Assembly: GCA_903928565.1 (NCBI GenBank)
Contig: CAIYRH010000015.1
Span: forward strand, 11,569-75,568
Direction of reading: 5' to 3'
Length of the DNA: 64,000 nt
Source: Candidatus Staskawiczbacteria bacterium
GTDB lineage: Bacteria > Patescibacteriota > Minisyncoccia > Minisyncoccales > Staskawiczbacteraceae
The first letter of the stretch is position 1, and the number at the start of each line of letters is the position of its first letter. The notes under the pieces are model-generated. The model did not search any database. It had not been told where the DNA came from and was given only the letters and a program-made list of their open reading frames with translations. This document shows, piece after piece, positions 28,478-37,893 of the stretch. The position numbers and the translations under genes were made by a program.

Positions 28478-29945
28478 ATGAACGCACCAATGATTGCTCC
28501 CGTTGTTTCGACAGTGTCGCACACCACCACTGTGCCAGTAGCGCCACATGTTGCCATGCCAATGGCCCCCATTTCACCAATGATTGCGCCGCCGGCGCCG
28601 GTTTTTGCACGCAAGCGTGAAGGAGGCAATGCCACGCCTCCAACAATTGCGACTTTTGCTCCCAGTGCGAAGGAAGTTACCCTTAAACAAGGGAAAACAT
28701 CACTCGACGCATTTGAGGTTATTTCTTACAGCCCTGAATTGCAGGAAAATCCATTTAATATTCCGATGTTTCAGGAAGCGCATACTAACTATGCGCAAGC
28801 GGTTGGATGGAATCCGCACATTAGCACCGAATTAGCATTCGCTTGCCTTGTCAGCGTTCCGGACTCGTTGAGTAATTTGAGGTTGATTGAACGGGATCCG
28901 GATAATAAGACGATGTTTCGAATAACTGATAGCGCGCGATGCTATTGCAACGGGCAAAAATGTGTGGAACACACGTTACGTAGATGAATTGTCTGCAACG
29001 GACATCACGCGGTTGGGGGTCGATACACTTAACGATATGTGTCGTAATCTGGGCAGGCTGAAGGCATTGTCGTCATATGTTAAAGAGTTGGCCGAACGAG
29101 CTCTAGCCCTTTCGGTTGGTCTGCCAACTATGTTGGCTAGCGGTGGACCCGAACCAGTCATTGTTAGATTAAGTCAAATTATTCATCGACTTTCTGCGGG
29201 GAATGGGAGTAATAATAGCGAAAATTACAATAACGAACTGGCAAGGCTTTTGTCGGCAATCAAAAGCAGCTTGTCTAAGCTTGTCGATCTTTTTGACGCG
29301 ACCCTTTATGACAGTGCTCCAATTGTCGTCGCTTTTACCAACAAGTGCGATGACGCAAGTATTATTCGTGCTCTCATAGACGAATATTTGCATATCTGTA
29401 ATTACGATGTGAACTCAATCACTGCCTGTGAATCTTCCGTTGTGCGAAGTGAAATTCGCTACCAATTTGCAAACATTGGGAATGACGTGTTGACTATTAC
29501 GCCGGAATCTCAAGCCGGCATCGCGAGGTTCGCTGTTGGTCCCATGGCGCTAAACGACATGGGCATTAGCCTGGAATTAGCGCCTGCGCAAATTCGTCTG
29601 GAGTGCAGCAACCTCATATCATCAATTGTAGATTGTGTGAATGAATATAGAGCGCATCTGCGTATTACAATTTATTGGAAATACCCAGATTTTGCTTTGG
29701 CAGCAATGCGCGCCATTTCTCAGATGTTAGACGAGGGAGTAGTCACCGGCGTTCAAGTCTACCAACAATTGGCTGGTTTTAAATCTAGCATGCGCGATGC
29801 ATTTGCAAAAGACTTAGACCCTCTTGTTGGCGAAGCCTCAAATTCCCGCAATGCTGTAGTTGAAAACGTATGTAGCATCATTGACCAGGCGGTTGCAATT
29901 CTTGGTCAAAGATTACCCGAGCTTCAAGAGGCTGGTGTTGCTTAA
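28478..29945 (+). pseudogene. Probable single orphan gene split by a frameshift (ORFs 28478-28987 and 28926/28962-29945)
   Basis: SD AGGAG before 28478; second frame opens at 28926; adding one CG unit to the GCGCGCG tract (28932-28938) fuses them; two overlapping genes also possible. Confidence 0.5.
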
Positions 29946-29963
29946 ATAAGCTTTGTTTTGGAT

Positions 29964-29997
29964 GGGTCCGGGAGAAATCTCTCGGACCTCTTTTTTT
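29964..29997 (+). terminator. Terminator after orphan
   Basis: GGTCCG(G)GAGA/TCTCTCGGACC stem + T run. Confidence 0.8.
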
Positions 29998-30068
29998 GCC
30001 ATTGACTAATTTTGTTTTTTTTAAATATGCTGGTATAATAATCTAATTAACATTTTTAAATAAAAACT

Positions 30069-30782
30069 ATGAATTACAAAAAATTTTTCGGTGCGTTTTT
30101 ATTAGTAGTTGCTTTGTTATTAGTTTCTAATACAGTTTTAGCAAATGCTGAATATTCTGCCCAACAAATAACTTGTATTAAAGCAGCTCAAGAAAAAAGA
30201 GTTAAAACTATTAGCACAGCAGGCTCAAATATAGATATTATAAAAAAATCTGGCTTGCAATTTCAAGGTGATTTTAAGGCATGTTTGGCACAAAATGGAG
30301 CAGTGGGTTTTTTCAAAAATATTTTAAATAATTTTGCGGCAAGTTTGTCGGGAGCAATGGGTGCAAATGAGAAGTCAAATAAATTAAGCGATACACAAAA
30401 AGCTTGCATAAAAACAGCTCAAGATAAAAGGGCGAGTGCAATTGAACCAGCAGCTCAGGCATTAAAAACTCAAACAGAAGTCGCGTCTAAAGCAAGACAA
30501 GACGCCATGACGGCAACATTGAAAATGAAAGATGCAAAAGGCAAGGCAGCTGCCATAAAAAAGGCAAGTGATGCCTTCAACAACGCAGAAACCGTAAAGC
30601 AAGCAAAACCGGTTTATATTGCAGCTGTGCAGGCCGCTAATAACCAATTTCAAACAGACCAAAAAGCCTGCTTAGCTTCTAGTGGATTAAAAACATTGGG
30701 CACTGGTATTTTCAAAAATATTAAGGTTGGATTTTCCAGTTCTATGTCAAGCGTAACAAAATTCTTTACAGGGAAAAAATAG
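30069..30782 (+). CDS. Secreted Ala/Lys-rich protein with internal duplication
   Basis: Signal peptide; repeated QxxCIKxAQxKR ... FQxDxKACLA ... GxFKNI. Confidence 0.7.
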   Translation: MNYKKFFGAFLLVVALLLVSNTVLANAEYSAQQITCIKAAQEKRVKTISTAGSNIDIIKKSGLQFQGDFKACLAQNGAVGFFKNILNNFAASLSGAMGANEKSNKLSDTQKACIKTAQDKRASAIEPAAQALKTQTEVASKARQDAMTATLKMKDAKGKAAAIKKASDAFNNAETVKQAKPVYIAAVQAANNQFQTDQKACLASSGLKTLGTGIFKNIKVGFSSSMSSVTKFFTGKK

Positions 30783-30794
30783 AAGTAAATTTAA

Positions 30795-31982
30795 ATGAAT
30801 ACAACTATAAAAAAAATATTACAGTGGATTGTTGCAGTTTTAATAATTATTGGTGTTTTTGTTTTGGGAGCGTGGGTGGGCGTAACAAAAATTGCTTACC
30901 ATGTGCCACAACCGGGCACAATAGACTTTTCACTTTTCTGGGATGCTTATGGAAAGCTTCAAAAAGATTTTATTACTCCAAATAAAATAGACAATCAAAA
31001 AGTAATTTATGGCGCCATTGAGGGCATGACAAGATCTTTGGGTGACCCGTACACCGATTTTTTTGATCCAAGCCAGGCCAAACTATTCCAACAAGATTTG
31101 GCTGGGTCGTTTAGCGGAATTGGCGTGGAAATTGGTGTCAAAAAAGATTTACTAACAATAATTGCTCCAATTAAGGGTACTCCTGGAGAAAAAGCCGGGT
31201 TAAAAGCTGGTGACATAATTGCAAAAATAAATGGGCAGGACACTAGCAACATGACCGGTGACGAAGCAGTTGGTTTAATTCGTGGCGCTAAGGGCACGCA
31301 AGTTACCTTAACTATTTTGCGCGACAGCTGGACCAGCACAAAAGATATAAAAATTACCAGAGACACAATTAAAGTTCCTTCAATGGATTGGTCAATAAAA
31401 GATGGAAACATAGCTTACATACAAATTTATCAATTTGATGAATCTTTACCTTCTGACTTTGAGGCTGCAGCCTTAAAAATTTTACAAAGTCCTGCAAAAA
31501 AGATAATATTAGATTTAAGGAACAATCCTGGAGGTTATTTAGAGGTGGCACAAAATATTGCCGGTTGGTTTTTGCAAAAAGACCAGGTAATAACAATTGA
31601 AGATTTTGGCAAAGCCAGAGCACCCCAAACATTTAAATCTGACGGCAATTCCAGTTTGGCAAATTATCCAATAGTAGTATTAATAAACCAAGGGTCAGCC
31701 TCGGCTTCGGAAATTTTGGCCGGAGCGTTGCGAGATGATAGAAAAATAAAGTTAATTGGTACAAAATCTTTTGGCAAGGGTTGCGTGCAAGAGGTGGTAG
31801 AACTTAACGGCGGTTCGTTTCTTAAAATAACAATTGCCAATTGGCTAACACCAAAAGGCAATTCAATTACAGATGTTGGTTTAACCCCAGACATTAAAAC
31901 AGACATAACAGATACTGACATTCAAAATAAAAAAGACCCGCAATTAGACAAAGCCCTTGAAATAGTAAGCAACTTAAAGTAG
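30795..31982 (+). CDS. C-terminal processing peptidase S41A (CtpA/Prc)
   Basis: LGDPYT, PDZ GIG, DLRNNPGG, SASASEI, KSFGKG, DPQLDKA. Confidence 0.93.
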   Translation: MNTTIKKILQWIVAVLIIIGVFVLGAWVGVTKIAYHVPQPGTIDFSLFWDAYGKLQKDFITPNKIDNQKVIYGAIEGMTRSLGDPYTDFFDPSQAKLFQQDLAGSFSGIGVEIGVKKDLLTIIAPIKGTPGEKAGLKAGDIIAKINGQDTSNMTGDEAVGLIRGAKGTQVTLTILRDSWTSTKDIKITRDTIKVPSMDWSIKDGNIAYIQIYQFDESLPSDFEAAALKILQSPAKKIILDLRNNPGGYLEVAQNIAGWFLQKDQVITIEDFGKARAPQTFKSDGNSSLANYPIVVLINQGSASASEILAGALRDDRKIKLIGTKSFGKGCVQEVVELNGGSFLKITIANWLTPKGNSITDVGLTPDIKTDITDTDIQNKKDPQLDKALEIVSNLK

Positions 31983-32019
31983 AATATAGAATATATAAAA
32001 GCTAAATAAATATATCAAT

Positions 32020-32478
32020 ATGAAAGTCATTCTCTTACAAGATGTTGAAGATCTTGGAAAAAAATATGAAGTTAAGGAAGTGAAAAATGGCCACGCCAGA
32101 AATTTTTTATTGCCTCAAAAGTTAGCTAAAGCCGCTACGAAGGAAGCAATGAAATGGTTGGCCAGCCAAAAAGACGTTATTGACCAAAAAGCCGAAGAAG
32201 ATTTGAAAAAGTCTCAAGCACTGGCTTCCGACTTAGATGGATTAGAATTAACCATTTCAGTTAAAGTTGGAGAAGAGGGGCAAATGTTTGAATCTATTAA
32301 CAGTCAGAAAATTGTTGATAAGTTAAAAGAAATGGGTTTTGAAGTTAAAAAGTCACAAGTTAAATTGGAAAGTCCAATTAAGGAACTTGGTGAATTTGCC
32401 GTAAATGTTGCCTTAGAGCACAATTTAGAAGCAGAGTTAAAAGTAATAATATCAGCAGAAAAAAGCATAGAAGAATAA
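32020..32478 (+). CDS. rplI: 50S ribosomal protein L9
   Basis: MKVILLQDVEDLG...VKNGHARNFLLP, PIKELG. Confidence 0.96.
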   Translation: MKVILLQDVEDLGKKYEVKEVKNGHARNFLLPQKLAKAATKEAMKWLASQKDVIDQKAEEDLKKSQALASDLDGLELTISVKVGEEGQMFESINSQKIVDKLKEMGFEVKKSQVKLESPIKELGEFAVNVALEHNLEAELKVIISAEKSIEE

Positions 32479-32482
32479 AAAT

Positions 32483-34138
32483 ATGTCCACAAAATATATT
32501 TTCGTAACAGGTGGAGTTATGTCGGGCGTGGGAAAAGGGGTGGCTGCCGCCTCTATTGCTAAAATAATTCAGTCAAGCGGTTTTGAGGTCACTGCTATTA
32601 AAATAGACCCATATGTAAACGTTGATGCAGGTACAATGAGCCCCACTGAACACGGTGAGGTTTTTGTTTTGGATGATGGCATGGAATGCGACCAAGACAT
32701 GGGCAACTACGAAAGGTTCTTAAACACCAGTCTTTCCAGTGCCAATTATATGACAACGGGAAGTGTTTATTTGTCTGTTATAAATAAAGAAAGAAGAATG
32801 GAATATGGTGGCAAGCAGGTAGAGGTTGTGCCACGAATTCCATTGGAAATAATTGAGAAAATAAACAACGCCGCTAAAAAGGAAAAAGCTCAAATTGTTA
32901 TTACCGAAATTGGTGGAACTGTTGGTGAATACGAAAATTTATTGTTTTTAGAAGCTATACGCTTGTTAAAATTGAAATGTCCGAATGATGTTGTTGTCGT
33001 TTTGGTAAGCTTTGTACCAGCCTTAGGAGCTGGTGGTACCGAACTTAAAACCAAGCCAACTCAGCACGCAGTAAGAAATTTAAATTCAATTGGAATCCAA
33101 CCAGACATTATTTTAGGCCGTGCCGATGTGCCGTTAGACCAAAAGAGAAAAGAAAAAATTCAATTTATGTGTGGTTTGGAAGAGGGCGACGTAATTTCTG
33201 CGCCAAATGTTGAAAGTATTTACGAAGTTGCCATCAATTTTGAAAAAGACAACATTAGTAAAAGAATTTTTAAAAAATTACACTTAAAACCAAAGAAAAG
33301 GGATTTAGTGGAATGGCGAGCTTTTGTAAATAAAATTCAACACCCAAAGGGTGAGGTTAAAATTGGAATTGTTGGTAAATATTTTGGCAGTGGTGACTTT
33401 ATTTTAACCGATTCTTATATTTCTGTTTTGGAATCTGTAAAACACGCGGCATATTTTTATAATCAAAAACCAGTTATAGAATGGCTAGACTCCGATGTTT
33501 ATGAAAAAGATCCTGCCAAATTAAAAGAATTAAAAAATTATGAAGGCATAATTGTTCCCGGTGGATTTGGAAACAGGGGAGTTGAGGGTAAAATAAAAGC
33601 CATTGAATATTGCAGAAAGAATAAAATACCATTTTTGGGTTTATGTTTGGGGCTGCAGTTGTCTGTAATTGAATTTGCCAGGAATGTTGCCGGCATTAAA
33701 GATGCTACTTCTACAGAGTTTGATAAAAATGCAAAAAACCCAGTAATTGACGTAATGCCCGAACAAAAAGTTTTGTTGGCAGAACAGCACTATGGCGGAA
33801 CAATGAGATTGGGCGCCTACGACTGCCAGGTGCAAGAAGGTACAATTAGTCATAAAGCATATAAAGATTGGACAGGCGAGTCGAAGGGGCCTTACACGAT
33901 CTCTGAAAGGCACCGCCACAGATATGAAGTAAACAACGATTACCGCGAAGAACTTGTTAAAAAGGGCCTTGTTGTTGCCGGTTTAAATGAAAAAAAAGAT
34001 TTAGTTGAAATAATTGAAATTAAAGACCACCCATTTTTTGTGGGCACACAATTCCACCCAGAATTTAAATCCAGACCTTTAAAGCCACATCCACTGTTTA
34101 GGGCGTTAGTTGGGGCGATTATAAAAAACAAAAAGTAG
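32483..34138 (+). CDS. pyrG: CTP synthase
   Basis: GGVMSGVGKG, KTKPTQH, GLCLG, RHRHRYE, QFHPEF. Confidence 0.97.
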   Translation: MSTKYIFVTGGVMSGVGKGVAAASIAKIIQSSGFEVTAIKIDPYVNVDAGTMSPTEHGEVFVLDDGMECDQDMGNYERFLNTSLSSANYMTTGSVYLSVINKERRMEYGGKQVEVVPRIPLEIIEKINNAAKKEKAQIVITEIGGTVGEYENLLFLEAIRLLKLKCPNDVVVVLVSFVPALGAGGTELKTKPTQHAVRNLNSIGIQPDIILGRADVPLDQKRKEKIQFMCGLEEGDVISAPNVESIYEVAINFEKDNISKRIFKKLHLKPKKRDLVEWRAFVNKIQHPKGEVKIGIVGKYFGSGDFILTDSYISVLESVKHAAYFYNQKPVIEWLDSDVYEKDPAKLKELKNYEGIIVPGGFGNRGVEGKIKAIEYCRKNKIPFLGLCLGLQLSVIEFARNVAGIKDATSTEFDKNAKNPVIDVMPEQKVLLAEQHYGGTMRLGAYDCQVQEGTISHKAYKDWTGESKGPYTISERHRHRYEVNNDYREELVKKGLVVAGLNEKKDLVEIIEIKDHPFFVGTQFHPEFKSRPLKPHPLFRALVGAIIKNKK

Positions 34139-34152
34139 TACTTGAAGCAAAT

Positions 34153-34186
34153 AAAAACCGCCCTTGAAAAAATTAGGACGGTTTTT
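34153..34186. terminator. Bidirectional terminator pyrG/rpmA
   Basis: AAAAACCG...CGGTTTTT inverted repeat. Confidence 0.7.
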
Positions 34187-34194
34187 GAAAAATA

Positions 34195-34485
34195 TTATTT
34201 TGTTTTAGTGGCCAACTCTACAGAAACTACTTTAGCTGTTCTTCTGGTACCATTAAAAAGTTTTTTGGTTTTAGAGGTAAATTTTACAACACCGTTGGCC
34301 ATTGAGTAGATTGTATCGTCGGAGCCCTTTTTAACGTTTTTGCCCAGAAGGAATTTTGTACCACGCTGTCTGATAATTATCATTCCTGTTTTAACTGCTT
34401 GGCCAGCTGATATTTTAACCCCAAGTCTTTGAGCGGCCGAATCTCTTCCCAGCCTAGATGAACCTCCTTGTTTAGTCTTTGACAT
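34195..34485 (-). CDS. rpmA: 50S ribosomal protein L27
   Basis: GGSSRLGRDSAAQRLGVK, IIRQRGTK, DDTIY. Confidence 0.96.
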   Translation of the reverse strand: MSKTKQGGSSRLGRDSAAQRLGVKISAGQAVKTGMIIIRQRGTKFLLGKNVKKGSDDTIYSMANGVVKFTSKTKKLFNGTRRTAKVVSVELATKTK

Positions 34486-34519
34486 ATTTTTATAATAATT
34501 TATTTTTTATGATAGTATT

Positions 34520-34684
34520 ATGTTAGCAAAAATTACAGATTTTGTCAAAGGTCATTTTAACGATATAATGTTATTTATAATAATAGTGCTGTTGGTGTTG
34601 CTTGCGTATGCAGCAGGATTTATAACGGCAAAACAGCAAATTAAAGAACCACTTCAAATATGGAACACATCCCACAACATATAG
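34520..34684 (+). CDS. Small single-TM protein (54 aa; not in ORF track) overlapping the uppS start
   Basis: MLAKITDFVKGHFNDIMLFIIIVLLVLLAYAAGFITAKQQIKEPLQIWNTSHNI, translated by hand. Confidence 0.6.
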   Translation: MLAKITDFVKGHFNDIMLFIIIVLLVLLAYAAGFITAKQQIKEPLQIWNTSHNI

Positions 34685-35346
34685 TTTTATTCCCAGACGG
34701 CAACAGGCGCTGGGCAAAGCAAAAAGGTTTGCACACACTAGAAGGCCACAAAAAAGGCTATAATAATCTTTTAGACTTTTCTGAGTGGTGTAAAAATAAA
34801 GGTGTAAAAACGCTTACGGCTTTTGGCTTTTCAACAGAAAATTGGAATAGAACAGAAGAAGAAGTCACATATTTAATGAAACTTCTAGAAAATTGTTTAA
34901 TAGATAATTTATCAAAATATGAAAAAGAGGGGACTCGCGTTAGGGTAATTGGGCAACGCGACCGTTTGCCAAAATCTTTACAAGAAGCAATTATAAAAAC
35001 AGAAGAATTTACAAAAAATAATAATAAGTTATTTTTAAATTTGGCAATTAGTTATGGTGGCAAGTGGGATATTTTAAATGCTGTAAAAAATATTGTAAAA
35101 GAGGGGATTGATGCTGAAAAAATAGATGATAAGTTATTTGAAAGTCATTTATCTACAGCCGGTTTACCCGCACCCGATTTTATAATAAGAGCGGGTGGCG
35201 AAATGCGCCTTTCTAACTTTGTTTTGTGGCAGGCCGCCTATGCAGAACTATATTTTTCGCCAAAACTCTGGCCCGATTTTAATGAAGAAGATTTAGACAT
35301 TGCCTTAACAGAATTTGACCACCGCCACCGCCGTTTTGGCAAATAA
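34660..35346 (+). CDS. uppS: Undecaprenyl diphosphate synthase
   Basis: PDGNRRWA, FSTENWNR, SYGG, RAGGEMRLSNFVLWQ. Confidence 0.96.
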   Translation: MEHIPQHIVLFPDGNRRWAKQKGLHTLEGHKKGYNNLLDFSEWCKNKGVKTLTAFGFSTENWNRTEEEVTYLMKLLENCLIDNLSKYEKEGTRVRVIGQRDRLPKSLQEAIIKTEEFTKNNNKLFLNLAISYGGKWDILNAVKNIVKEGIDAEKIDDKLFESHLSTAGLPAPDFIIRAGGEMRLSNFVLWQAAYAELYFSPKLWPDFNEEDLDIALTEFDHRHRRFGK

Positions 35347-35353
35347 AACCTTT

Positions 35354-35382
35354 AAAAACGCCCTTTGTCTGGGCGTTTTTTT
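35354..35382. terminator. Bidirectional terminator
   Basis: AAAAACGCCC/GGGCGTTTTT. Confidence 0.75.
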
Positions 35383-35384
35383 GT

Positions 35385-35879
35385 TTAACAGTTTTTGGAG
35401 AAGGCTTTGGCCATTTCAAGCCATTTAGGAGTGCGGGGGTTGTTTTTATATTTTGCCGAAGACTTATGAATTTCCATAAGCATGCAAACTTCGTTTTTTT
35501 TCCATTCAGCCAAATTTTTACCTTTGTTTTTGTAAAGTATTTCAACCGCTTTTGTCCAAAGGTTAAAATCGCTTTTCTTTTTGTTTGCTAAAACGTTTTT
35601 TTTAAAAAATGGCACAATAATTTGTGCTACATCGGCAATCTTTTGAACAGAAAACCTTGCTTGATCTTTTGAAACAGAAATTTCTCCGCAACCTAATATT
35701 TTTTTTATTTTCTGTAATGTTTTTATTTCGTTTTTATTGGCAGTAACAACAAATTGGGTTTTCCAGCGGTAGTAAGTGGGGGAGTTGGTTCTTTCATGTC
35801 TGGTGTCTTTTCTAAATTGCAAATCGAAACAGCCATCGTTATTTACTATTGTTGGAATATTAAATTTTTCTTTTGCCAT
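35385..35879 (-). CDS. Free-standing single-motif LAGLIDADG-family protein
   Basis: DGCF, F-VV-T strand, LQKIKKILGCGEI, ARFSV, IIVPFF, KKKSDFNLW match the LAGLIDADG_1 fold; promoter TTGTCG-17-TATACT upstream. Confidence 0.8.
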   Translation of the reverse strand: MAKEKFNIPTIVNNDGCFDLQFRKDTRHERTNSPTYYRWKTQFVVTANKNEIKTLQKIKKILGCGEISVSKDQARFSVQKIADVAQIIVPFFKKNVLANKKKSDFNLWTKAVEILYKNKGKNLAEWKKNEVCMLMEIHKSSAKYKNNPRTPKWLEMAKAFSKNC

Positions 35880-36010
35880 AAACCTGTTTAATTATTTTTA
35901 TATAGTTAAAGTATACCAAAAACATAATTGTGCGACAAGGGCTGTGAATATCTGATATTGCGTTTAATTTTCCATTTGTTATCATACAGATAATAATTAA
36001 AAAGAAGTTT

Positions 36011-37060
36011 ATGATAATAAATCAAAAAACATATGCAGTAGAAAGTGTAACATTGGGCCACCCCGACAAAGTTTGCGACCAAATTTCAGATGCAATTTTA
36101 GATGCATGTTTGGCGCAAGACCCAAATTCAAGAGTTGCAGTTGAGTCTTTTGGCGGGCACGGCACGTTAGTTATTGGTGGAGAGGTAACAACAACAGCCA
36201 AAGTTGATTACCAAGCAATTGCTGATAAAGTTTACAAAGATATTGGTTACACTCAGGAATTAAAATTTATGGTGAATGTTGTGCAACAGTCACCCGACAT
36301 TGCCATGGGCGTTGACACCGGCGGAGCTGGCGACCAGGGAATTATGTATGGTTATGCTACAAATGCGACACCCGAATATATGCCTTGGGCAGTTGTAAAA
36401 GTGCACGCGTTGGCAAAGGGTTTGCAAGATTTAAGGGAAAGTGGCCAGGTGAAATGGTTAATGCCCGATGGTAAGTCGCAGATAACAATGCAAGATGGAA
36501 AAGTAAAAAATGTTTTAATTAGCACCCAACATGATGCAAATGTCTCGCAAGAAGAAATTAAGCAAACTTTAATTGAGAAATTAATTAAACCAATTTTGGG
36601 AGATGTTGTGGGCGTAGACATATTTGTTAACCCAACCGGAAACTTTGTACAGGGTGGGTTTGAAGCCGACACGGGTTTAACCGGCAGAAAAATTATGGTT
36701 GATACTTATTGCGGTTTAATTTCTCATGGAGGTGGAGCATTTTCTGGAAAAGATCCAAGTAAGGTTGACCGCTCGGCCGCCTACATGGCGCGGTTTGCAG
36801 CAAAAAATATTGTTGCTAATGGTTATGCAAAAGAATGTTTGGTTTCTGTGGCTTATGCAATTGGAATGGCCGAGCCATTAATGGTTTCTGCAGTTGATGA
36901 AAATGGAAAAAGTTTAGATGAAATAATTGCAAAGTTTGATTTTAAGCCGCAATCTATTATTAAAACCCTAGAATTAAAACAACCTATTTACCAAAAAACA
37001 GCAGCTTACGGCCATTTTGGTAAAGCCGACCTCCCCTGGGAAAAAATCATAAAAATCTAA
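36011..37060 (+). CDS. metK: S-adenosylmethionine synthetase
   Basis: ESVTLGHPDKVCDQISD, GAGDQG, GLTGRKI, GGGAFSGKD. Confidence 0.97.
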   Translation: MIINQKTYAVESVTLGHPDKVCDQISDAILDACLAQDPNSRVAVESFGGHGTLVIGGEVTTTAKVDYQAIADKVYKDIGYTQELKFMVNVVQQSPDIAMGVDTGGAGDQGIMYGYATNATPEYMPWAVVKVHALAKGLQDLRESGQVKWLMPDGKSQITMQDGKVKNVLISTQHDANVSQEEIKQTLIEKLIKPILGDVVGVDIFVNPTGNFVQGGFEADTGLTGRKIMVDTYCGLISHGGGAFSGKDPSKVDRSAAYMARFAAKNIVANGYAKECLVSVAYAIGMAEPLMVSAVDENGKSLDEIIAKFDFKPQSIIKTLELKQPIYQKTAAYGHFGKADLPWEKIIKI

Positions 37061-37123
37061 ATAGACTTGCTTGTTTTCTAGAAAAGAGTAAAAATAAAGA
37101 ATATATAATTAAACTACAAAAAC

Positions 37124-37891
37124 ATGGATTCAATTTTATTTTATGCATTGTGGATTTTATTTTTAATTTTAGTTTCGGGAATTCGTGTCATTAAAGAATA
37201 CGAAAGAGCGGTAATTTTCTTTTTGGGAAAACAAACTGCCATTAGGGGCCCTGGGCTTATATTTTTAGTGCCGGTTTTTGAAAAAATGGTGAAGGTTAGT
37301 TTTAGAACAATTACAATGGGCATTCCTTCGCAAAAAATTATTACAAAAGACAATGTGTCCATAGACATTGCCGCCGTAGCCTATTACCACATTGTAGACC
37401 CGCGTAAAGCTGTTATTGCCATTGAAGATGTCTTTAGCGCCGTAAACCAAATAAGCCAAACAACAGTTAGAAATGTGGTTGGGCAATTTATGTTAGACCA
37501 GTTGCTTTCGCAAACCGCCGACATTAACGAGCAAATTAAAAATGTTATAGATGGCCACACCGAGCCTTGGGGCGTGCAGGTAACCGCCGTTGAAATTAAA
37601 GATATTATTTTGCCAGACAACATGCAACGCGCCATGGCAAAAGAAGCCGAGGCCGAAAGGGAGAGACGTGCAAAAATTGTTGCTGCTCAAGGAGAATTTC
37701 AAGCTGCCGAAAAGTTGGGCCAAGCCGCCGATTTAATTGCCGCCCACCCGGTTGCATTGCAATTGCGAACACTCCAAACAATGTCTGAAATTGCCACCGA
37801 AAAGAATTCAACAATTATTTTCCCGGCTCAATTTATGACAACAGTTAAAGAAGCTTTAGAAACCATCCGTGGCGACAGCAAAAAGTCGTAG
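37124..37891 (+). CDS. SPFH/stomatin (band 7) family protein
   Basis: YERAV, ITKDNV, PWGVQV, AMAKEAEAERERRAK, ALQLR. Confidence 0.93.
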   Translation: MDSILFYALWILFLILVSGIRVIKEYERAVIFFLGKQTAIRGPGLIFLVPVFEKMVKVSFRTITMGIPSQKIITKDNVSIDIAAVAYYHIVDPRKAVIAIEDVFSAVNQISQTTVRNVVGQFMLDQLLSQTADINEQIKNVIDGHTEPWGVQVTAVEIKDIILPDNMQRAMAKEAEAERERRAKIVAAQGEFQAAEKLGQAADLIAAHPVALQLRTLQTMSEIATEKNSTIIFPAQFMTTVKEALETIRGDSKKS

Positions 37892-37893
37892 AT

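Noticed and set aside
28387..28620. ORF starting inside tRNA-Ala
   Set aside because: Overlaps the tRNA and the better-supported 28478 ORF with an SD
28352..29997. Integrative element at tRNA-Ala
   Set aside because: No integrase and no duplicated tRNA 3' end found
33871..33895. GC-rich patch in pyrG (WTGESKGPY) as another inserted element
   Set aside because: No clear hairpin or match to the other families; cannot support without an alignment
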